Part shown: piece after piece, positions 40,013 to 49,716 of the stretch | How positions within the stretch are numbered: the first letter of the stretch is position 1 | How the letters are laid out: every line of letters starts with the position of its first letter | Source of the DNA: an uncultured virus (IMG/VR IMGVR_UViG_3300009111_000004) | Lineage: Duplodnaviria > Heunggongvirae > Uroviricota > Caudoviricetes | Reading direction: 5' to 3' (one strand) | DNA: 64,000 bases | IMG/VR virus record: IMGVR_UViG_3300009111_000004 | Made by a program: the position numbers and the translations under genes | Notes under the pieces: generated by a model | The model's input: only the letters and a program-made list of their open reading frames with translations | What the model was told of the DNA's origin: nothing | Databases searched by the model: none

Positions 40013-40022
40013 CAACTAGTCA

Positions 40023-40280
40023 ATGGGTAATTATAAAATGGATACATTAAATAATCAGTCACAAATGCAGCTCTCTATTTCAATTCCATCCGGCCGTTCT
40101 TTGACGTTGACCGGCGGTGATCTCAGCGAACTTATTAGTCTATTAGTCCAGGTTGCTACTGCCGTACCTAGCGCCCTTAAGGCTGTAGCTGCCGTGCTTG
40201 AATGGTGGCCTGATAATACCCAGGTTGATAAACTAGGTAAGAAACTACGTGCATTTGTAGAGTCATTAGAATCTCGATAG
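40023..40280 (+). CDS. Hypothetical protein
   Basis: 85-aa ORF. Confidence 0.55.
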   Translation: MGNYKMDTLNNQSQMQLSISIPSGRSLTLTGGDLSELISLLVQVATAVPSALKAVAAVLEWWPDNTQVDKLGKKLRAFVESLESR

Positions 40281-40292
40281 GATCAGATTCTA

Positions 40293-40351
40293 ATGAATAA
40301 GTGGGAATAGTGGAACGTAGTACCTGAGCCACTAAATAACGACTAGTCCAT
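40293..40351 (+). pseudogene. Decayed copy of the MN(K/R)WE...PLGQRMAQ leader
   Basis: atg aat aag tgg gaa TAG ... cca cta aa taa cga cta gtc ca aligns with 44987-45046, with stops and a 1-nt gap. Confidence 0.45.
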
Positions 40352-40453
40352 TGCGTCTATAGATGAGCATGAGTTATATAGAGCATTTAGTTGGGAATAA
40401 TAATTATTATAAGTTCATTCGATCCTAATAATTTATAGTTTAATGGGTAATAT

Positions 40454-40912
40454 ATGGCTAATGACTATCGTGCTAAGCGACATTCTGTGCTTGATGATCT
40501 GAAGAAGGATTTGTCTAAAGGATTTATTGAGCAGGAAGTGACCGTATTAAATACTAAGTTTAAGTTGCGTAGTCTTAATGAAGATGCTGAATCTTGGGCT
40601 GATGGGTATGTTCGATCTAATAGTCCATTAGCAATGGTTAATACTCGCCGTGCCCCTCGACTCGCTGCAGCGATCCAATCTATTAATGATGTGCCTATAG
40701 ATCAGCTTTTTATGTATCCAAATGATATGCCTGATGGAGTTAAACAGGCATTGAATGAGAATCCTATTGCTAAGTGTTATTGGCTTCGGGAACAAATGCT
40801 TTATTTCTTATCTGAAGATGCTGGTCGATCATTCGTAAATGAGCTTTATGGTACGCTTGCGAAGATGGATGAATCTCGTGATAAGTCTCTAGAGAAGATC
40901 CCAAACTCATAA
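40454..40912 (+). CDS. Tail assembly chaperone (G-like)
   Basis: Lies between tube and tape measure; ends in the slippery heptamer C-CCA-AAC. Confidence 0.8.
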   Translation: MANDYRAKRHSVLDDLKKDLSKGFIEQEVTVLNTKFKLRSLNEDAESWADGYVRSNSPLAMVNTRRAPRLAAAIQSINDVPIDQLFMYPNDMPDGVKQALNENPIAKCYWLREQMLYFLSEDAGRSFVNELYGTLAKMDESRDKSLEKIPNS

Positions 40913-41454
40913 ACGAGGATCCCGACTGGGCCATCCGAGCATATGTTTTAGCTCGTAAGGGGGTTCTCGCATCTAGCCCGGATGTGCAGAGCATGAGTCG
41001 TGCTCAATGGGTATTAGAGTTCCATGCTCTTCAGGCGAAGGAACGCTTATGGTTCGATATGCTGTTGAAGGGCCTACGCCATACGCTTATTGGTGTACTT
41101 GGATTGAATGCCATTCGTCCAGAGGATGAACATGGTAATCCAAAGGACTGGCAAACAATGACTGATGAGGAACGCCAAGCTTTTATCCCACTAATTGCTT
41201 GGGTGGGTCGCCCAGAGCTATTAAAGACAGTTAGCGATCAGCAACAAGCGGAGATTGATCCTGATAAGATCATAGGTGATAGTAATTATGAAGAAATTGT
41301 CCGGGCTATTGATGAACTTGATGGGGATATGACCCCGATCTTTAAGAATCTCCACGGTATTGATCCTGACACTATTCCCACAAAGCACGTTACACATAAG
41401 CAAGTAAATATTAAGACCGCAGATGAGATGAAGGTTGATCTGGAAAACCCCTAG
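40900..41454 (+). CDS. Tail assembly chaperone -1 frameshift extension (GT-like)
   Basis: The -1 frame is open from 40885 to 41454; CCCAAAC at 40900-40906. Confidence 0.75.
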   Translation, partial: PKLINEDPDWAIRAYVLARKGVLASSPDVQSMSRAQWVLEFHALQAKERLWFDMLLKGLRHTLIGVLGLNAIRPEDEHGNPKDWQTMTDEERQAFIPLIAWVGRPELLKTVSDQQQAEIDPDKIIGDSNYEEIVRAIDELDGDMTPIFKNLHGIDPDTIPTKHVTHKQVNIKTADEMKVDLENP

Positions 41455-43644
41455 ATGGCTACCGAGACAGAACAAGTCACGCAAGAGATCAAAGAGGCTC
41501 TAGAAGGGTTTAAAGCAATTGGTCAATATGCCAAAGATCTAGCTTCAGCAATTGCTTCCGCTGATCAGCCGCTGCAGCGTGCTAACGATATGACCAAAGC
41601 CATCGAAGTACAGATGGAAACCATTGCTGAGAATTCGCGTGGAATGGTTGAATCTGTCAAGAAGATGACCGATAGTGTCGGTGCTACCATATCTAAAATG
41701 CGGGAACTAAATCAAGTTCAATCTGAGGCTAAAACACGACTTACTGAGGCTAGAGAGGAGTTAGTTCGTCAACAGGTTGAAACTGAGACTCTTAGAACTA
41801 AGAAAGCACAGACTCAATTAGAAGAACGCGAAGCCTGGACCAGATTACGTAATGAGCAATCCAAATCTCATGAAGCCGCAGAATCCACGCGCGGTATATG
41901 GTCCCGCACAATTGATTCTGTAAAGGAATTACAAGTTGAGATTGCGAAGGCGGGTTATGAAACTGATAAGTTTGGTGTAACTAGTAAAAAGGCTGGTTTG
42001 AAGGCTGGAATGGCTCGGTTTACTGCTGGAGCAATGAGCTCAGCTGCTGAATTGTTCACTGGTCAAGCCGATCCAGCAGGAGCCGTGCGATCTATCGGTG
42101 CAGCAGTAGCTAGTCTTGGCCAGACTGCCGGTATTGGTGGTTTAGTCGGTATGATGATTTATGGTAAGATTAAGGATGCTGAGTTTCGGGCCGTAGGTGA
42201 GACTGCAGGTCAGATGTTCGACCAGATTAGTGGTCATACTTCTGGATTTGCAGCTAGAATGGGCGGTGTTGCCCGCTCTTTATCAGTATATGCTATGGCT
42301 GCTAAGGAGGACCTAGCCCAGGTTGCTGCCGCATTCGCTGCTACTGGTGTTAATGCAGCAACTGCTCAGATTAAGATTGATGGATTTGTATCATCAGTAG
42401 GTAATGATCTTATTATTGCGACTTTAGCAGCAGATAAAGCCCTAGAATTACCAGCAGGAACATTCGCTAAGTTAAGTGGGACTATTGCTCGGGATTTTAA
42501 TACCTCAGCTGACAAGGCATTCATTAATTTAATGAATTTAGCAACTGCCGCTAAAGAGGCTGGTATGAATGCTGCTACCTTCCTACAACAAACTATGGAG
42601 GTCTCATCTAGTTTAAGATTGATGAATGCTAATGCCGGAGCTGCTGGGGCTACAATGCTTGGGTTATCTAAGACCATGCAGGGGCGGGGCATGGGGGCCG
42701 CCTATGCTCAAGCTTATACTGGGGCTGGTATGGGATCTGTTGCTTCTGCTACCGCAGGATTAGGTGAAGGATTATCAGCGATTATTGGTGAGAGATTAGG
42801 ATATAGTTCAGGACTAGAGGCTCTTTATGCGATGAAGACCGGATCTGGACAATCAGCTCGAGGATCTCAACAATTAGATTTAGCTGCGGTAATGAAAGAG
42901 ATGCGGAACATCGTCACTGGTGATATGGCTCTGACGAATCGATCAGAGCAGGCTTTTGCGCTTCAGAAGCTTTTCGGAGTGGATGTGACTGGTGCTGATG
43001 CTATTATTGATGCGATGGAAGAAGCGAATAAAACGGGAAAACTCAGTGCAAAATCCCAGGATGAATTAAATCGAGCTTTTCAGAGTGAATCAGCGAAGAC
43101 CAATCAGATTATGAAGTTGATTGATGTCATTAAAGATGCAATTTCAAACGTAATGGTTGGTTTACTTGGAATGATAGTTAGTGGGCTAAAGATGTTACTC
43201 AATGGTGTAATGTATCTCACTTCACAGTTAATGACTAGTACACTGCTTAACACAGATGCTAGGTCGAGAGAGGAGTGGAGTGAGGCCGCAAGGCGATATA
43301 ATGCTAATATTGAATCAGGAGTGCTTATCAGTGGTAAGGCTACCGATCGTATTCTTAAAGGGCTAAATCAAGGAAGTGGTGCGATGGGTGGGTTGATTCG
43401 TGAATTTGATTTAGCTGGGGGTTGGCCCTGGTCTAAGGGTCGATATCCGTCGTCTACTGGAGATTCAGGTAGTGGACAAGGAGAATTGGGTGATCCAACG
43501 GTTTATCCAGCGGCCCATATTACTAAGACAAGATATAGTAAGAACGTGCCTCAGGTAGGACGTGTTGAGGTAGAGACTAAATCAAGTGTACATGTGGTCC
43601 GGCCGGACCGTGGCACTAAGAGATACGATAGCGGGGCTTACTAA
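41455..43644 (+). CDS. Tape measure protein
   Basis: 729 aa, Ala/Gly-rich and helical, directly after the chaperone pair. Confidence 0.85.
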   Translation: MATETEQVTQEIKEALEGFKAIGQYAKDLASAIASADQPLQRANDMTKAIEVQMETIAENSRGMVESVKKMTDSVGATISKMRELNQVQSEAKTRLTEAREELVRQQVETETLRTKKAQTQLEEREAWTRLRNEQSKSHEAAESTRGIWSRTIDSVKELQVEIAKAGYETDKFGVTSKKAGLKAGMARFTAGAMSSAAELFTGQADPAGAVRSIGAAVASLGQTAGIGGLVGMMIYGKIKDAEFRAVGETAGQMFDQISGHTSGFAARMGGVARSLSVYAMAAKEDLAQVAAAFAATGVNAATAQIKIDGFVSSVGNDLIIATLAADKALELPAGTFAKLSGTIARDFNTSADKAFINLMNLATAAKEAGMNAATFLQQTMEVSSSLRLMNANAGAAGATMLGLSKTMQGRGMGAAYAQAYTGAGMGSVASATAGLGEGLSAIIGERLGYSSGLEALYAMKTGSGQSARGSQQLDLAAVMKEMRNIVTGDMALTNRSEQAFALQKLFGVDVTGADAIIDAMEEANKTGKLSAKSQDELNRAFQSESAKTNQIMKLIDVIKDAISNVMVGLLGMIVSGLKMLLNGVMYLTSQLMTSTLLNTDARSREEWSEAARRYNANIESGVLISGKATDRILKGLNQGSGAMGGLIREFDLAGGWPWSKGRYPSSTGDSGSGQGELGDPTVYPAAHITKTRYSKNVPQVGRVEVETKSSVHVVRPDRGTKRYDSGAY

Positions 43645-44507
43645 TGGCAATTCTCGATGGGCCAGGATTGTTCCGTAATACAATTATTCCTACAATAGGG
43701 GGCACTGGTGCGGTTCGGCGAATTCCTTTTACTTTTACTTCTACAGCTCGTCTCTTACGGTCTGGGAAGTTAAAAGCATTAGGTAACGATTTTGCTAGGT
43801 TACAATCTGCTCAGGATCGGCGTAATGAGTTAGCTAGTATTGAACTAGCTACGCGCGGAATTAATGCTGCTAATCAGTTAGGATTATCTGATACAATAAG
43901 TTCAATTAAGAATGCATTACAACTATCGATTGGATTAGGCATGCCTATTATTGAGATGGCAGTTAATCCTCATGCTATCAAGTGGAGTCAAAATAAACGT
44001 ATAACTAAACGTGATACGATGAATGGATCTGTGTTCTTTCATTTTACTAACGATGACGATCAAAATAATGATATTCTAAGTGTGTCGTTTACTGGTCGGA
44101 CTGGAAATATTAATACCCAAGGTAATATTATTGATGCATTTACTACTGGTTCTAGTTTGAAATTACGGATTTGGCATGAACTTTATAATTTAACTCGAGA
44201 GCCAATGTTATTGAGTCAGAAGAATGCCGAGCAAGGATTACCAAGGGGGTTAAAGAACGAATTCTTCATTACCTATCGTAGCATATTAATGCCAGTGCAG
44301 ATTACTCTTATTGGTCATTTTAGTAAGGTATTAGAATTTACTGAGACTGCAGATGACCCATATAATCGAGAATATAATTTTACTTTTACGGTTACTAACA
44401 CTAGTCCACGATTAGATGATTTGTCTGCATTAATGAATTCTGCTCTTTCAATCTCAGGGCAGACTGAATCATTAGTTAGCAATATTACTTCATTGGGTGT
44501 GCCATAG
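43644..44507 (+). CDS. Baseplate / tail tube initiator protein
   Basis: MAVNPHAIKWS...KRDT..G and FTETADDPYNREYNFTF motifs; follows the TMP. Confidence 0.65.
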   Translation: MAILDGPGLFRNTIIPTIGGTGAVRRIPFTFTSTARLLRSGKLKALGNDFARLQSAQDRRNELASIELATRGINAANQLGLSDTISSIKNALQLSIGLGMPIIEMAVNPHAIKWSQNKRITKRDTMNGSVFFHFTNDDDQNNDILSVSFTGRTGNINTQGNIIDAFTTGSSLKLRIWHELYNLTREPMLLSQKNAEQGLPRGLKNEFFITYRSILMPVQITLIGHFSKVLEFTETADDPYNREYNFTFTVTNTSPRLDDLSALMNSALSISGQTESLVSNITSLGVP

Positions 44508-44508
44508 T

Positions 44509-44961
44509 ATGAATAGGTGGGAGCGACGAATAGGTATGATTGGTCCGTTAGGGCAACGAATGGCGCAAACAGTAGATCCATCTTGGATTGATCCATATAT
44601 CTTAGATGTGATTAATCGGATCAATTCATTAGGATATATTCACACCACCCATTCTTGTGCTGGAATTGGTCCACGTGCATATATTGAAGGTGGTGGAGAT
44701 CATATATTAGATGAGATTGCTTCTGCCTATCTAGTATTCGAAGTAGATTTACCTAATATGGAGGCTGCTGAATTATTATCTAAACTAAGCACTATTTGTG
44801 TATATGGATTCGAGTCTCCGGAACAAATACTTAGTACTATGTATGAATGGCATGCAAATTCTAACAAATATAGGTATGTTTGGAGACCATTTAATTTAGA
44901 TCAAGATGTTACACGTCAAGAAGTAGAAATGGCATGGAATAAATTAAGACAGATTATTTAG
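44509..44961 (+). CDS. Leader-bearing putative capsid cargo with a Tyw3-like motif
   Basis: Leader MNRWERRIGMIGPLGQRMAQ, then IDPYILDVINRINSLGYIHTTHSCAG. Confidence 0.7.
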   Translation: MNRWERRIGMIGPLGQRMAQTVDPSWIDPYILDVINRINSLGYIHTTHSCAGIGPRAYIEGGGDHILDEIASAYLVFEVDLPNMEAAELLSKLSTICVYGFESPEQILSTMYEWHANSNKYRYVWRPFNLDQDVTRQEVEMAWNKLRQII

Positions 44962-44971
44962 GTTAATTTAG

Positions 44972-45271
44972 ATGGGGTACTATAGTATGAATAAATGGGA
45001 GTATCGAGTAGGTATGATTGGCCCATTAGGGCAACGAATGGCTCAGGTAGATGAATACCAGAAAATCATTGACTGGATGCGATCGATGGACCCCAATTGG
45101 GATCCAAATGATGATGAATCATATTTTAATCCAACTGGGTTAGAAGGACCTAGTGAAATTGTAGTTAATCCGGATGGGAGTTGGGAAGCAAGTAATGAAT
45201 CACGTGTTGATGAGTTTGAGTCTGGGATTGGACTAGCTGCACTTCAGGCATTATTTACATCAGTCCATTAA
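44972..45271 (+). CDS. Leader-bearing small acidic putative capsid cargo (start 44972 or 44987)
   Basis: Leader MNKWEYRVGMIGPLGQRMAQ, then a D/E-rich domain of about 74 aa. Confidence 0.7.
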   Translation: MGYYSMNKWEYRVGMIGPLGQRMAQVDEYQKIIDWMRSMDPNWDPNDDESYFNPTGLEGPSEIVVNPDGSWEASNESRVDEFESGIGLAALQALFTSVH

Positions 45272-45282
45272 TATTAAGAATT

Positions 45283-47553
45283 ATGTCATGTCCTACTGTT
45301 AGATATGGATTTCCGAAGTTTAAGGTATTCATCTTTGGGGTAGATATTAGTAATGATGTTTTGAGTATTAATACTACTAGTCATGATGGAGCTGCGCCTA
45401 ATACCTGCCAAATTACTTTGGCCAATGAATTAGATAAATATATCTTAACGACTGAAGATGTGATAGCTTTGAATAAGCTTAAGTTTACCAATGATCAACT
45501 TGACATACCTTGGCTCAGGAATCAGGAGTTTACTACAGTCGATCCTATTGCTGAACGTGGTGGTTTGTTGTCTGTTGGTTCAGCGGCTTTTCAACAGGCC
45601 CTCAATACAGGATTTACAGGAGTTAAATATTCAGTATTGTTAAAGAAAAATCAAGTGGTGCAGAATGTTGATCGATCTAGTTTAGTAGATATTTTTGGTA
45701 GACAGATTCAAGGTACTCGTTTCGCTGATTATTACGGTGCGGTTATTAAGAAGTATCCACTTGCTGATGGTAGTCCAATCTTCCATCCAATGGATCCAGT
45801 GCGAGTATTTATGCGAGATCCATTCGATCCAGGACGGTGGTATTACCATTTTACAGGGTTCGTTTCAGATATGGTAGACAATGTTGATCAAAATAACGTT
45901 AAAACATTAACTATTGTTGCTGAAGACCCTACTAAACTATTTAGATATACTAGAATTTTTATTAATCCGGGTATCATTGATGCTAATGTGGTAATTGAGA
46001 AACAAGACATGCGAGTACAAAGTTTTTATTCGCATTTTATGAAAGGATTCAATTTACCCGAGGTTTTCTTTACATTAATTTTTGGCCCAGATCGGGTTAA
46101 GGCCGAAAAAATCCTAGAACGCCAGCATGGTAATTCAGGTAGCTCAAATCTTACTACTAGTATGCGTGGTATTGGGCATTTTGCCTTTGATACATCTGGA
46201 GTATTTACCTTTGGTCCATCATTAGATCAACCTATTAATCAATCGGCACAACAGCAACGCGAGCAGCCGGCCGCTAAATTATTGGATGTTAAACCAGAGA
46301 TTAATCTACCTTCTTTAAAGGTTTGGCAATCTATTGTTGATCACGAAGTTCAACCATCCGATTTATATACTATGGCTACACAAGAAACTAGGGAGGCTGA
46401 TTCAGGTGTACTGGTTGAAGCGGCTAACGCGACATTCAATGCTCTTGGCATTGAAGGTGTAGTTGATGAGATTGGGAGACACCCGGAAGTCTATTTGGTT
46501 GATGGTGGGCGATTGTTGATGCTTATTCCTAATAGTTTAGGTGTAGATAATAATAAAGTTATTATTAATGATATTATCCAAGCATACCCATTAAATAGTG
46601 AATGGAGTTCTGCCGGTTCAGTGATGTATGAAGTAATTGATAGAATTCAATTTATAATGTACTGTTCACCTCGGGGTGATATCATCATTGAGCCACCTCT
46701 ATATGACTTTGATCCAGATGATTTCGGTATGGAAAGTATTCCTTCTACCGAATTGGTTAATATTTTATCTACTGTGGGTATGACCAATACTCCGGATGTT
46801 GCAGGATCATTGGTATCTGTCTTGGGTAATGCTGAGAGTCAGATTCCTGGTACCCCACGTGGTCCTTACGGTCCGAATTATGTGTTGACCAGAGGTAATA
46901 CTTATCGTTGGGAGGCAGCATTTATTGATGAAAAGGTCTACAATGTAGCCACTGCGCCTCACTCTATTTTCCAGAATTATGAATCATTACCAAATACTTC
47001 TATCATTGGAGATCTGGCTGTAGTGAAAATCCCACACTTAATCCCTTTATATGGAGTACGTCAAATCCCATTAACACCTAGAGGATATATTGCCAGTTCG
47101 GATGGGGCATTGCTTTTCTGTCATATTGCTTTAAATAAGTTAAATGCCGATGCTCATACTTTTAAGGTCGATATGACCCCTAATATTAAAATGGGGGTAA
47201 ATCGACCAATATATATTCAAGGGCGAAATTGTATTTCAACCATTAAGCAAGTTACCCAATCTCTAACTTGGGGTGAACAAGGTGACATGGAAACATCTAT
47301 AGATGTATATGCTACACGCACTTGGGACGGGCATGTAGCAAGGAGCAATCTGAATCAACCAATATACTCACCTATTGGTAGTTTTGCGTCTCGCCCACTA
47401 GATTATAACATATTATTTGGTAACCAAGCTGTTCCTAATATTACTGATGAAGAGGCTGGTGCTAGATCATCGTTATCATCAGATGCGCTTGGTAAAATAT
47501 CTGCGGCAGTAAATCAAGCTGTTGGTGGCTTGAAGAACGGTGGAGTTAAGTAA
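45283..47553 (+). CDS. Baseplate hub-like protein
   Basis: 756 aa; synteny; HFTGFV..., YCSPRGDIIIEPPLYD. Confidence 0.65.
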   Translation: MSCPTVRYGFPKFKVFIFGVDISNDVLSINTTSHDGAAPNTCQITLANELDKYILTTEDVIALNKLKFTNDQLDIPWLRNQEFTTVDPIAERGGLLSVGSAAFQQALNTGFTGVKYSVLLKKNQVVQNVDRSSLVDIFGRQIQGTRFADYYGAVIKKYPLADGSPIFHPMDPVRVFMRDPFDPGRWYYHFTGFVSDMVDNVDQNNVKTLTIVAEDPTKLFRYTRIFINPGIIDANVVIEKQDMRVQSFYSHFMKGFNLPEVFFTLIFGPDRVKAEKILERQHGNSGSSNLTTSMRGIGHFAFDTSGVFTFGPSLDQPINQSAQQQREQPAAKLLDVKPEINLPSLKVWQSIVDHEVQPSDLYTMATQETREADSGVLVEAANATFNALGIEGVVDEIGRHPEVYLVDGGRLLMLIPNSLGVDNNKVIINDIIQAYPLNSEWSSAGSVMYEVIDRIQFIMYCSPRGDIIIEPPLYDFDPDDFGMESIPSTELVNILSTVGMTNTPDVAGSLVSVLGNAESQIPGTPRGPYGPNYVLTRGNTYRWEAAFIDEKVYNVATAPHSIFQNYESLPNTSIIGDLAVVKIPHLIPLYGVRQIPLTPRGYIASSDGALLFCHIALNKLNADAHTFKVDMTPNIKMGVNRPIYIQGRNCISTIKQVTQSLTWGEQGDMETSIDVYATRTWDGHVARSNLNQPIYSPIGSFASRPLDYNILFGNQAVPNITDEEAGARSSLSSDALGKISAAVNQAVGGLKNGGVK

Positions 47554-48821
47554 TGAGTTTGTATGGTAGGAGAGAAGTGCCAGGAGAACAAGGGGTCTCT
47601 GGAGTATTAGATCAACGAGCAGTTTTGAATCGTACCATTCGTGCTCAAGTAGTTGCTGTTAATCCAGAGAATGGATATGTGATATTAACTTATGAAAATA
47701 TGCCTTCAGGAGGTAAGTACGCTACCGTACCTCCATTATGGATGTCTTTCCCTGATGCTGCTACAAATTCTGGACCGGCGTGGGGTCGATTCATGCCACA
47801 GCAATCAGATTTAATTAAAGTCTCATTCGATTATGATGATAGACCTCATATTGTAGGATATGATATTAAAGCAGGCAAGAGTGATGTTGCAGACGGAGAA
47901 TCAGGGTGGCCGCAACTCCTAGATCAATATCAGTCTAGTCGTCAGGGTACGGACCCAGATCGAGCTAAATTCGCTCAATTTATTCCATTAAATCCTGGTG
48001 AATTTGATTTTATGTCATCTGGTGGTGCATATATATATGGTAATAACCGTGGTAAGTTATATTTAGCTGGGGGTTCGGTGTCTGTCGCTCTCACCAGAAA
48101 TGATTTGCGTTTAAGTCAGCGTGCCCAACTCTGGACCCATAATGCTGATGATAGTGAATTCAGGTTTGGCCAGGTACGTCGCTTAGATCCTAGTGATCAA
48201 CTGGAGAAGCCTGTAGGATCGGGACAAGATAAGGAATTATCACTCATTATTAAGCGCACAACTACTCCAGGTACGACTATTCCAGTTGTTTCTATGCGAG
48301 TTGGTAATTTACTCAACAATGATGGTATACTAGAGCAATCCTCGCATGGTAATCAAGATTTGCGATATTTATATATATCTCACGATGATACTGGAACCAA
48401 AACTGCTGAAATGGCTATTGATAAGGCAGGTAACTTTGAGATTCTTAGCCCAACAGCACCTAATGGTGCTTACCTAGATTTCGGAGTTGGTTCTATTTCT
48501 TTAAAAGGTAATAAGGTACTACTCGGGGGTCCAGGCGCAGAAAGTAATCCTCTATTACTTTCGTCGGTTTATCGGCAAGCTGAAACCACATTTATTAATG
48601 ATCTAGTAGGGCAAGTTGCTAGTCTTGCAAGTGAACTAGCCACGTTAGCTACTACTGTAGCTACTCTGGCTAGTTTAGTACCTGGCGGGGGACCTTCAGC
48701 GATAGCAGCTACGGCGAGTGCCGTCAAGGCTACTATCATTTCCAGTCAAGTACTAGTTATATCTAGCACATTTACTGGCTCCTATGATTCTTATTTGTCT
48801 ACTACTTCATCGACTCGATAA
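47553..48821 (+). CDS. Baseplate spike / gp5-GpV-like protein
   Basis: N-terminal OB-like AQVVAVNPENGYV...WGRFMPQ. Confidence 0.6.
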   Translation: MSLYGRREVPGEQGVSGVLDQRAVLNRTIRAQVVAVNPENGYVILTYENMPSGGKYATVPPLWMSFPDAATNSGPAWGRFMPQQSDLIKVSFDYDDRPHIVGYDIKAGKSDVADGESGWPQLLDQYQSSRQGTDPDRAKFAQFIPLNPGEFDFMSSGGAYIYGNNRGKLYLAGGSVSVALTRNDLRLSQRAQLWTHNADDSEFRFGQVRRLDPSDQLEKPVGSGQDKELSLIIKRTTTPGTTIPVVSMRVGNLLNNDGILEQSSHGNQDLRYLYISHDDTGTKTAEMAIDKAGNFEILSPTAPNGAYLDFGVGSISLKGNKVLLGGPGAESNPLLLSSVYRQAETTFINDLVGQVASLASELATLATTVATLASLVPGGGPSAIAATASAVKATIISSQVLVISSTFTGSYDSYLSTTSSTR

Positions 48822-49273
48822 TGGCTACTGAAATTTCATGTGCTAGAGCTGCTTTAGCTCAATTAGAAAATGAAGTACTCCAGGCTATAAAAGAAATAGC
48901 TCTTAGTGCTAAGACTAGTTTGCTAGAATTAAGAACACAAAAGGAAGCTTTACTTACGTCATTGGATATTTCATTAATTCCACTACAGGATCGTAAGCAG
49001 GTTCTAAATACTCTAATTGAGACAGCAAGATCTAATAGTAAGATTATTCCGACCGATCTAGTTTTATCTTGCGCTCAGCTAGGTAATATTAATACTACTT
49101 TAGAAGCTGCTTTACTCGGTCATCGGGAGGGCATACAAAATTTAGTATTTGATATAGATAGACTAATTAGTGAGAAGAGTATTACAAATGCTCAGATTAG
49201 TCAACTTAATACTGGGGCAGATTTTCTAGATACGATTATTACCATAATAGATAGTATACTATTAGGGATCTAA
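48821..49273 (+). CDS. Coiled-coil baseplate-region protein
   Basis: 150-aa helical ORF, translationally coupled. Confidence 0.6.
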   Translation: MATEISCARAALAQLENEVLQAIKEIALSAKTSLLELRTQKEALLTSLDISLIPLQDRKQVLNTLIETARSNSKIIPTDLVLSCAQLGNINTTLEAALLGHREGIQNLVFDIDRLISEKSITNAQISQLNTGADFLDTIITIIDSILLGI

Positions 49274-49288
49274 ATTACACTATCTATT

Positions 49289-49708
49289 ATGAGTCAAACT
49301 TTGAAGATAGAATCTGGAGATGTAGTTATAGCTGCTGGTACCGGCCGGCCAGTTACTACTGCTGATAATATCAAAGTTAGACAAGATTTAACTGAATTTT
49401 TTACAGTAGAAGTTTTGCCTAATGGTTTTGGTGCTGGTTTGGAGCAACTAATTGGGGTGGTTGAAATTAGTCCAGATGTGTTTGTAAGCTTAGCTAATCG
49501 ACAAATTCGAGATGGTTTCGATATATTACGATCACTACAGTTATCCGATCGTCGAATTCCGCGCCCAGCTAGTGAGCGTTTATTAATATTATCTTATTTA
49601 GCCATTGAGAGGGACTCATCAGATCTTACAAAATATTGGATACGGGCCAATTTTATTACTGAACAAGGGGCACAGCTAGCTTTATCTATTCCCCATAGTA
49701 GCATATAG
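49289..49708 (+). CDS. Baseplate wedge gp25-like protein
   Basis: LKIESGDVV...FGAGLEQLIG; size and position before baseplate J. Confidence 0.65.
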   Translation: MSQTLKIESGDVVIAAGTGRPVTTADNIKVRQDLTEFFTVEVLPNGFGAGLEQLIGVVEISPDVFVSLANRQIRDGFDILRSLQLSDRRIPRPASERLLILSYLAIERDSSDLTKYWIRANFITEQGAQLALSIPHSSI

Positions 49709-49716
49709 AGAATAAT

